From: a virus
Lineage: Duplodnaviria > Caudoviricetes
DNA: 27,296 nucleotides
IMG/VR virus record: IMGVR_UViG_3300035216_000549
Span: 1-27,296 of that record
Reading direction: 5' to 3' (one strand)
In this document: positions 13,808-25,800 of the stretch, one piece after another
How positions within the stretch are numbered: the first letter of the stretch is position 1
Layout: each line of letters opens with the position of its first letter
The notes under the pieces: generated by a model
What the model saw: the letters and a program-made list of their open reading frames with translations, nothing else
The model's database searches: none
What the model was told of the DNA's origin: nothing
Translations under genes and position numbers: made by a program

Positions 13808-16800
13808 ATGGCTCTAACAAGAGTAACTTCAGGTGGAATTGCACCTGGAATTAGTATTAAATTTAATGCACAAAATGAACCACAGATGTCAGGTAATTTA
13901 CCTGCCCTCAGTTTTGAGGGGGATGATGATACTGGTATGTACCAGTCTGGTTCTAATGAAATTTCATTTGCAACAGGTGGTGTAAAAAGATTTACAATTG
14001 CATCTGACGGAAAATTAAAGACATATAGAGATTCATCTGATTCAGTTGGAACTGTTATTGGTGGTACAAATACAGATTTTGCTAATGCAAGAAATATTAC
14101 CCTTTATGTTAATCAGGCTGACTTAAACGCATCTGATGATGAAGATAATGATGGTGGTAATTTAAATAAACCATTTAAAACTATTGAAAGAGCGCTTCTA
14201 GAAGCGGCTAAAAGAAGTTATAAAGCAGATCCGGCTCCAATTAGTAGCGCAAATCTAGAGGCCGGAAAAACTTATATTATTACATCTGCAGGAAACACCG
14301 ATTTTACGAGCGTTGGTGCTTCATCAAATACTGCTAAGGTATCTTTTATTGCTACTGGAACCGCAACTGGAACCGGCACAGCAACTCTTAATAATGATAA
14401 ATTTGAAGCATTTACAGTTATGGTGCTTCCTGGTCAATATGAAATTGACAATAGACCAGGACTTGATATCCTAACCAATCCACTAACTCAAAGTGTTGAC
14501 GAAGACCCATCAGATGGAATTGCAGCAGCTGCAGGAAATCTATCTACCGGTTCATCTTGGAGATTCAACCCGAGAAATGGTGGTGTTATCGTACCTAGAG
14601 GAACCTCTATTGTAGGTTATGACTTAAGAAAAACTGTTATTAGACCAAAGTACGTTCCTGCACCTTTCTCAGTTGAAGGAAGTATTGAAGCAGATAGTTT
14701 CTCACTTCTCCAGATAGCATTTGACGGCGCTATCATGATCGAAAGAAATCGTGGTTATCTTATTGAGCAAGCAGAACTCGCAATGCTTGCTGGTCCAAAC
14801 AATGGATTTGGTAGTTTAACTAATATTGAAAAAGCTGCATGTCGTCGTGACATTGGTTATTTCGTTGATGCAATTATTAAAGACTTGCGTACAGGTGGTA
14901 ATGAACATACATTTGTCAACGCTGAAGCTTATGTCGATGGAAATGGTTATAGAAAAGAATTTTTAAACGCTGATGATTCTGATATTTCACAAGAGGTTCT
15001 CGATACTAGATTAGCTTTTGTTACAGCAACTGCTGCAATGAGAGATATCGTTAAGAGTCATGATGATGGTGCAACATACTTCACTGAAATTTCTTCTAAC
15101 AAAACCATCAACCGAGTTACATTTACACCTGGAGATGGTTTTGTAAGTAATGGTGATTGTAATAGTGTTGTAAATGCTGTTGCAATTCTTGGTAAAATGG
15201 CTGAAGATATTATTGCTAATCCAGATACTTATACTTCTATTAACACAACATATACTAAGATTGGTACTGGCGCTGGATCCATCACAATTCCTCTCAGAAA
15301 GACTCAGGGTGTATACAATCAGACTTCTATCTTTAAGGTAACTGGTGGTTGTTACTTCTGGCAAATGACATTTAAGGATGCTGAGGATGCACCTTATAAT
15401 AGTGTAAGTTTCAATTCCAGCGGTATTCCAACATTCACCAAAGCATCTAGTTATACAGGGTATTCTCACCACAGAGTTGTAGCATTTACGTATGCTGATC
15501 AAAGAAATACTGATGGTGAACTAAATCAGTATTATGCGAAGATTGATGCATGGCAAGGTAGATCTGGAGATATCTCTGACGTAAGAACAGAGGAATTCCA
15601 GATTGTTGGTGATAGAAGTAAGAACTACACTATTGATACTGTAAACTCCTGTTCTCCATATATCTTCAACTGTTCGTTACGTTCAGTATTTGGTTTATGT
15701 GGTATGCACACTGATGGTTATAAAGTTGCTGAAAACAGCTTTAAATCCATGGTTGTTGCACAGTTTACGGGCATTTCACTTCAAAAAGATAGAGACGTAT
15801 TTGTTTCACCAAAAGATTTTGAAGGTGATAGAGATAATACAGCATATAATGATGATGACCCAAACACATCGCAACCTCCAATCTTTGCAGATCCAGACGC
15901 TCAATATAAGACAGATTGTAGACACTTCCACATCAAGGCATCTAACGGTGGATTCATTCAGGTCGTTTCTGTTTTCGCAGTTGGTTACGCTGACCAGTTC
16001 TTAGCAGTATCTGGTGGCGATATGTCCATCACGAACTCTAACTCTAACTTCGGTCAAGTTTCACTACGTGCAAAAGGATCTCAGTTCAGATCATTCACAC
16101 CTTCTTCACAAGGTAGAATTACTGCACTTGTTCCACCTAGAGGTATTTCTGATAATGTTACTGATGTAACTTTCTATAATATTTCTGCATCTAACACATG
16201 GAGTTATATCGGTGCTGTTGGTGAAGAATTATCTGACGAACTCAAGAGTTTGAGAGATGGTTACACTGAATCTGGAGGATTTAGACTCTATCTAGAAACT
16301 GGTGCTACCACAGATGATGATATTCCAGAATTAGTTGTTGATAGTGAGAAATCTGATGGTACAATTGTAACAAAACGTTTCTTGAACTATGGTACTTCAG
16401 GTCAGTTTGCTTTATTCAGAGATTTTTACAATAAAGATGGTATATCACCAGATGCTAATAAAATTATTAACCTACCATTAGAATCTACTGGTGGTGAAAG
16501 TGATAGAACATTTAATATAAGACTTACTACAGCAACATCTACTTCAGATTTACCCACAAAGACTATTGGTGGTTCCACAGTTCAAGCTACCAAAAATAAT
16601 GAAAGAATTGGATATTTTTGGGATCCCGCTGAAAAATGTGTATATCTAAAAGTAGATCATACATATAACGTAAGTAACGGATCTGATGCTTTCGTTAGTG
16701 AATTTATCTTTGATTCAAATTCAGAACAGTCATTTGAATTTGTGACAGCAATTGATCCAAATACTGGTATTACTACAACCGAATTACAACAGGTAACTAA

Positions 16801-19800
16801 AAACCTCCTAAAATATAAGACTGGTTTCCCATCTAGTTTAATCGTTAAAAAATTCTCTGATACAAGAACATCACAACCAGGTGATCTTCTATGGAAAGTG
16901 GAATATACAATTCCTAAGTATCTTGCAAATAATGTAAATCCAAAGCCACCAGAAAAGAGATTTATTATCAAAGGAACTAGACCAGGCAATGGTGAATCAG
17001 ATGTTCCATATAGTGATTATCGATTCATGATTTGGAATGTTGAAGAAGTTCAGGCCTGGGAAAAGAATACTAGAGATGGTGTTTATTATCTAACTGTGGT
17101 TAGAGCAGACGTTAACGAATTTGTTGATTATCAGATCCCATCAGGCGAAAGCGGTGCTGGAGACAACGTTGTTTCTATTATTAAGAGAAGACCTCTTGGT
17201 ATTAGTGTAGGCAATTCGTTCAGTTGTAAGACAATTGAAGCAGTAAATCTTTATGACAAAGAAACTCAACTTATTGGTAACGTAAATTACCTATATCCAT
17301 CAGTTAACGAAGAGGGCCCAACTTATGATATCAGAAAAATTTGGAACCCACCTCAATCAGACTCTAGAGTACTTGTAGAAGACATTGGTGCTGGAACTAG
17401 AATTAAAGATATTACAGTTCCAAACTATAAAAGATATCACACTTCTTCTGGAACCATTGCTACAGCTGAATGCCCGTTTAAGGATATTCCATCATTGACA
17501 TCAATGACAGCTGAAGCTGTTCACAGACTGGTTCAATCATTAGACCTCAGATATGTAGTTGACAATGGATCAACGACCACTATCTCAACAGCTAGAGTTT
17601 CTATTGCTCCAGTTAATACATGGGATAGTAGAATACTAAATTCAGGTGAAACAGGTGATGAGCATACATCATCATCTGCTCTAAACTTGTATAATTCAAA
17701 CTGGAGATTTGGACAACCAGAAGTATTATCCAATGGAGTTATAACTCCAAGTGGACGTAAAGAAGTAGATTCTGAAAAAGTTACAAGTTACAACACATAT
17801 GGTATCAATGCAGAAATTTTTGACAGAAGAATAGTTGTTTCTTCTCCTAATGCAGAAGGTGTAACAGGTACAAATATTAATTCAAACGCATTACTTGCAA
17901 GTTCTTCTGTCAATGGAACTGGAACTCACACCGATGGCCTTACGTTTGCTCCAAAACTAAATCTATACAGACCATCTATCTTACGTGCTTCTTCACATAC
18001 TTGGGAATACATCGGTCTTGGTTCTGGTAACTATTCAACTGGTTTCCCAAATCTACAGACAAGAGTTCTTAAAATTTACGAACAATTTATTGCACAGGGT
18101 TATGAAAATGGAGGTGGATTCATCGCTTCTTCCGGTACTAACTCTGCAGGTGACTTCTACATTGGTAACCAGGTAATTCAAGCAGGTGGTACAAGTACTG
18201 TTACATTAAACGTTCCAAAACTTCGTAAGTCTTCTGAGTCTAACTATTTGGATATTGAAAATATTGAGAACAGAATTTCTAACGCTGTTATTAACGTAAC
18301 TGCATCCGCAGGTAGAAGTGCTTCTGCACAATCCGCACTTAAGGATCTTGCAAACTTCTTCAACATTGCTAAACTAACTGTTAGTGATAAAGCAAACATC
18401 AGTAATTTGATTATTGGTGAAAGACTCTTTATCGATAGAGCAGAAATTAACAATGCTGGTAACTTCCCAGAAGGTAATACTAGTGCATATGGTTTCGTTA
18501 AGGGTGCTAAACCAGAGAAGACAGGTTTCATCTCAACTGACACCAACGACAAACTATATGTATCTCCTAAGTACCTAGATGCTTGGAGAGTTAAGAGACA
18601 ACTTATTTCTGCTCAAGCTGTTACACTTGATAACAACAGAGTTTATATTCAACCATATCTACAATCAGCATTGTCTGGTTATGCAACACAAGTCTCTGGT
18701 ACAAACAGGTTCTTTAGATATGAAGGTCTAACATTTACTAACACTGCTGTAAATGGCGTAACAGTTTCAAGTATTAATGATGCAATTGAATTGCAGATGG
18801 CAGAAACCGCCGGTATTGCTTCATTCGGTAAGATTGATATCCAGTTCAATATGACTGGTATTGCAATTCAAGATTACTATGTAAGTGGTGGTAATAATGT
18901 TTACTTCAATACTGCAATAACTATTCCTCTATCATATGAATCCGTTGACTATACAACCAACAAGATTGTTATTTCTAGAAATCAAAATGGTCTAGGACTA
19001 ATTGATTATCTCAAGAGTTATCTTGGTGATGGAACACATACTTCTATTATCAGAAACTTCCCACCCATTGTAGCTGATGGTTCATTTGGTATAAGTGCAA
19101 CAGAAAGTGATGTTAAGTATCTAAAAGCGAAACTACAAACCGATTTTGATGCGGGTTCATACCAAAACATTAATAAAGATAATACTTCTGAATATAAAGA
19201 TCTTACAGTCACTATCGCTACAGATGCAGAATATGATCAGTGGCCAGATAGAGGTTGTATCTCTCTAAGAGAATACGCGAAAAATGGTACATATTACATT
19301 GCAACTTATAAGTACTACAAAACAGGTTATGCTGGTACTATTGGAACATTTAAATTAGTAAGTAATTACGGCGCTGGTACTAACGAGGCAGGTAAAGTAC
19401 ATAATTATACAACTACTTATAATAATGGATATCCAGGTGTAGATTCTGTAAACGTATTCTTTACTGGTGCAGATACACTGGCATTTGATGCTGACAGATG
19501 GGCGTCTGAATCACCATTTATTCCACCTCTAGATCCTACTAAAGGTGTTGTTGAGGAAGTTAATATTGAAGATGCTATTCTTTATAGAGTTCCTGAGAAA
19601 AAACTACCTCTTGCTATTTCCCTTGATGAAGATTACTTCGATCAAAGACTACCAAACCCATATAGTTCAAAAGCACTTGGTGTTAACATTCAAGAAAGAA
19701 ATGAAGTTAAGAGATTTAGTCCTTTATTCTCCTTCTCTCAGTGTAGACAGTGGGCAGAAAATTCTGGATTTAATTCTAGTGATGAATTAGAATTGTTAAT

Positions 19801-22800
19801 GAAACCAGGATATTACAAGTTGGATGGTACTAAATTCCCATGTTCATTAAGAATTAATGGTACTGGAGTTGCAAATTCATCCGTATTTGCTGGTAAAGAA
19901 CAAACTAGAACTTCTGCAGGAAGAATGGGTGGATATCTAGAGGATACCGTAAAGAGAGGTGATAGTGTTTACTTATATCGTACATTAGGATTTAGTGCTC
20001 AATATGGTGTAGGTAATGATGCAATCTACTCTGGTGTATCTGGTGGATTATCTGCAAATGGTTCAGTATCACTCAATAATGTTCATATTATTGGTATTAA
20101 CGAATCAATTACTAAAAACGAAATTCCAGATTCTATCTTTAGTGCTGATACTAAAACTCAGAATGCTAGAAGATTAGTTAGAAATGCATATTTCACGAAG
20201 AGAGATATTATTAAGACTACAGTTACCGGTAATGATGTTTCTGGTAGACCACTTGGTAATACAATTGGTACATCTGGTTTAAACGGTGCAGTTGAGTTGA
20301 TGGTTAAAGCTTCAACTAATACTGGTGAATCTGGTCATTCAGCTATTGCATATCCTATTGTTAATAGTGGTGATATTATTGAAAGTAACTTAAATGAATC
20401 TACATATGGTGAATTAAAATCTGCAAGTTTTGCTGATTGTAGATATTACTCAATCTCTATTGATGCAGCTCGTTTTACTGATGCAACAGGATCTGCTGCT
20501 ACTGCTAATTCTAGAAGAAAATTTGATAGAATGAGAAAATATATTATTCCTGGTACTACAATGTACTGGTTGACGAATGCAGCAGATAAAGTTGTCGTTG
20601 ATTCTGATTCTGCTGATGTTTCTAATCTTACTATGTCAACCAAGGTAGTTAGTGTCAGAAGACATTTACCTTCAACTAGTTTAGATTTTGATAACACTTC
20701 AGAGGAAAGACTTGAAATACTAGTTTCTGTTTATCAAACTGCTTCTGCTCAAACTGGTGGAAATGATGCTGCCTATACAAACTCTGTTGAAGATTTAAAT
20801 CCAGGTGCTTGGACTGGAAACCTCAGAAAAATTGTATTTGAAAATGAAGATGGTGCAGAATACACTACATTAACTTTTAACTGGGGACAAGAAGAAAGAA
20901 GAAGATATCTTCCAAAAGGTATTATGCATGAAGGTGGATATCAAGGACCAATTCTCAAGAGAGTCGTTACAGCTGTAACTGGTAATGGTACATCTACTGA
21001 AACATTAGTTGTTGATAATTTTGAAGATATTTCAGTTGGTGATAGAGTAGTTTGGAGAGACGTTAATGGCGTTGATCAATTAAATGGTTTTAGAGTTAAG
21101 ACAATTGCAAAATCTCTTGCTAATGGTGGTTATCTCCTAACCCTATCTGACAAAATTCCAAATGCAGTTGTAATACCAGCTGCTGGTGTTCTATCATTTA
21201 CTAAATTTAACGTTTTTGGAGATGAAATTTCTAAATTTGATATTCCAGAAATCTATGGTATCTTGACTGGTAAGGAAGGTTCTAATATTCTATTGGTCAT
21301 CGATAGAAATCCAAATACTCGATATGATTCAAGTATTTTATCATACCCATTTGGATCAGGTGGATTTGGTAACAGTCCAACTCAACTTATTCAACTTAAG
21401 GGAACCAATTCATATACCAATGGTACTGATGGCAGAGAAAGAGCATCTGTAGAAGATAACTTACTCGCATTTAGTAAGCGTACAGCTTCTTATCAAAGAA
21501 TTCGTGGTATTCCCGATAATAGATATATCTATCTTGATATTGCTCCAGAAGATTTTGCTGGTTCATCTGGTACACTTACTGGTTCTGGATCAGCTAATCC
21601 AGAAAATGAAAGTGTAGTTAACTACATCGAAAACGCTGGAATTCACAAAGATATTCTCAGTCTGTTTGGATCTTATACTCAGCAATCAATTAAGAATGCA
21701 GGTGCTCTAGGAAGAGGATATGTACCTACAACTATCACTTTTGCTAATGATTATGTTGATGGTACAATTGAAACTAAGATTGCTACTCAATTAGCATCTA
21801 ACACTGCATTGGCAAATACCAGAAGATATAATAGTAGATTGAGAGTAGTTATGTATCCAATCAACACAGCTGCTAATACTGCAGGTACTAAGAGTTGGAG
21901 ATTCTATGCTGAAATCAATTCATCAACAGGTGCTATTACTGCTATTAAAACCTATTGGTCTAGTGGATCTCCTACTGCATCAGACGTATTGAATGGTGAA
22001 TACAGATTTGAGATTATTGATGGTCGTGGATACGTTCTATCTCCATCAGGTCGTACTGTAAGTACGAGTAGTGGTCTTAACAATCTAAGTTCTTCAGATT
22101 TCTTGATAGTTGCGAAGACAAATCTACTTGCCGGTGCTAAAATTGATCCAATAACCGATTCAGTTTCTGATGGTTCGCCATTTATGGAATCTGTAGATAC
22201 TGATTCCTTCGGTGATAACGATCCTTTAACTGCTACTGGTAAGAGAATCTTTAATTCCTGGCCTTATGCATATAGATCATTCAGAAGAAGAGTTCCACTT
22301 GCTGGTATGCCAGTAAATGGTAATTATCAGAGTACATTACTTGCCGTTGATGCTATTCCTGGTTCCGATTTCCAATTAAATCTAACCGGAGTTACAATTG
22401 GTGCTCAATCAGTTGCTGACTCAAAAGCAAATACATTTGGTGGTGGTTATCGTGGTGGTTTAATTAAGTGTAGAGGTGCTCAACTAACACTTAATGGAAC
22501 CAGATTTAGAGGAAATCTATCTCTAGATTGGACTGGTATTGGAACAACCGGCACCCGTGCTGCAAATCAGTCTGCTTTTGTTGCTGGTCACTCTATCGAG
22601 ATGTTCCAGATGGAAGATCAAAATAGTTTCCGACAAATTGGCGGATCAAGCCCAGCATATGCTATTACAACTTCTGGTGATGATGAAGAATTTAGACAGT
22701 TATCTGAATTTAACCCAGAATCTAATATTTACTTAGAACCAGGTAAAGATCCATATGGTACATTGTCTGATGGAGATGCAAGAACATTCCCATTAAAAAC

Positions 22801-25800
22801 AAAACAAGCAATTAGAAGATTTAATAAGTCACCTAATTCTGTTATTCCATGGTCTGGCCAATCTTCAATCGCTTCCGGTGATCTATTAACTAAAGTTGCG
22901 CTATTTGAAAGATATCAAACACCATATACAATTGTATATGATTATCCACATAGTGCTGGTGTACAATCAGAATATATTGCAATTGGTGCAAACCATGCTG
23001 TTCAGGATGCTGATAAAGCTTCTGCTATATACCTAAGGTGGAATGATACTAACTCAACAGTTACTACATATACAGTAACTGGTTCTGGATCAAATATTTC
23101 ACTACCAAGAAGAAGTCTTGGATTCTTTGTTGCAAATAATTCAGCTGGTTTAGATGTTCCATCAAATATCTTCTTTGGTTCTAATGCAACTAGACTTGTT
23201 AAGTCTGACAATATTGAAACTTCTTATGCTAATGTATCTGGACTCAATATTGGTAATACCTATAATATTAGTACTTCTGGTACTATAACTCAGACTGAAT
23301 CTGGTGCATATCTTTTTGTTACTGTCAATTATGACAGATTAAATGCATTTAGTTCACTAACCGCTGCAGCTGGCACAAACATTAATGTCAATACTGACTA
23401 TCTAAATGCTAGAAGATATAATTATGTTTCTACAGTGACTTCTAGATATCAAAAAGTTACTCAAAATAGAACTGCTAAATTGATTGTTGCAGAAACTTCT
23501 GAAACCACAAATTATTCCGAACCAGCAAATTATTCGGTATCAAATGAAGATGCAGTATTCAGTAGTTCCTTTACTACATCTACAGTTCTTCATCTTGTTA
23601 ACGTTAGTGATCCATCTGGAACAACTAGTGGTCGTGTTGTAATCACAACAGACTCAAGTAATAGACTAACCAGTCTTTATATCACGGATCCTGGTGTTGG
23701 TCATCAAACTGGTCAACAGTTGAGACTAAGAACATCAGACGGTGGTGCTGATTTATCCACGTTCCAACTTACAGTAAGATCAAACTATTCAGATGAAGAT
23801 TTTTCTATCTTCACTCCAGGTGAATATAAAGTAATGCTACCCAAAAATTGCTTTATCCTTAATTCCATTGAAAGTGGAAACAGTGCAAAGAATCTAAAAC
23901 AACAAATCAATAGAGCAAAATCAATCTTCAAACCAGGTAGTTACATTCTATATGGTGGACTATACTACAAGATTGCTAGAAGTGATTTAACTAACAATAA
24001 ATCATATATCGGTGTATACAGATATGTAAACTCTGATAATATAACTGACATTAGAGCAGATATTATAGTTGAGTTGGAAGATGGAGATCAAGTTCCTACT
24101 TATCCACAAAATACTAGATTCGATCTATTCGATTATGATAATATCTTAGATTACTGGCCAACATCTGGTAGGGTTGTGATTGGTAAACGTGAAACATGTG
24201 ATTTTGAGAAAGGTGGTTCATCTGGTGATAATAAAGGATACGAAATCAGACTTAGTAGAAGTATGACTAGGTACTGGCCACACTACATCCGTGACTGGGA
24301 AGGTCTTGATCCAAATAACTCAACTGATGATGCTGTTGCTTCCGAATCAATTATTGCAACCGAACTTAGACTCTCTGACCCAGTTGATGTTACCTGTTAT
24401 GGATTGAAGCGATTCTCTTCTGCTAATGATTCAACTGCTCTTGCAGCCCCATTTGCTGCAGAAAGTCCAGCAGATATCACAGAAGTTGATGCAGGTATTT
24501 GTTATACAACTCCAACTGGAGTGTTGACTGATCAGACCGCTGTTGTTAGTATCACGTCATCCGCTGAAAATCTTAATGCTGACTTTGAAAAACTATCGAT
24601 TGGTCAAACAGTAACTATTCCATATAGGAATATTTCACAAAACCAGACTACCGGTAATTGGAATAACTTTATTGTTACCGTTGGTGATCCACAGGGTGAT
24701 AAAGGAACAAATACATCAACAAACAAAGAAGGAGATAGATTTATCTCTGGAACATTTAGAACCACTCAAGACACTGTGGGTGCAAATGACCAACAGACAT
24801 TTAACATCCATGCTAAAAATACAAATGATACAAGTCTTTATGAATATATTAGTCCTCTAACTGCTGCACAATTTGCTCCAAACAGATTATCAATCAGTCA
24901 GTTTAACCAAAGAGGATTTAGACAAAGAGGTAGTTACCTTGGTCTCCGTGCTGGTGTTTCTTTAACTACATCTCAAGCTTCTTCTAATGGTACTGGTATA
25001 GCAAGTAATTTGGAAGGTGCATTGCACTTTACAATTTCTCCTGGATATTCCAGAGTAATGCAAAGAGTATCAACTTGGGGTACATACACCGCAACATTTG
25101 AGAAAATTAGTACATCCACTGATGAATTTGAAGTTATTATGGATGTAACTGCAATAGGTGATGGTGGAATCTATAAAGGTCAACCAATTTATACTACTTG
25201 TACTACTACACCAACTCTTACTGTTAGTGGTAGTGCTGGTAGTTGGTCTACAGCTCATACTGCAGGTGCATATTCTGGTTTAATTGGATATGTTGTTGGT
25301 ATGAGAGGTGACACCATTACTTCCACAGAAGGTTCTCAGGGTGTAGTAGAAGGTTATGAGGATGGTCTTGAGTTAACCGGTGATGGTGGAACAGGAAAAT
25401 ACAGAGTTCTGTTATCAACAGCATATGGTGCTGGTGCTGGTCCATTTGGTGGACTAACATTCAACCAATCTTCAACCACTAAAACTGCTTCTGCAACAAT
25501 ACATGGTAAACAAGATTCTACCGATTACTTCCCATATGGATCTAATCAAGGTATGTGGTGGAATGAACCAGGTGGTGGTGTTTATAGACTCATCTTCAAG
25601 AGAGTAGTAAGAGATGATGGAACTAACGTTGTATATTTCCGATATTCAAATGGCTCTGGTACAGGATTGACTGATGTTGGTTCTTCTGGATATTCTGGTG
25701 GTACTTCTCTAAATTCTGGTAATTATGTACTCTTGTATTATCAAGGTTACTATGACAATAGTATCAAACTCAGGTTGGATAAACCCCTATCAACTTCTAT

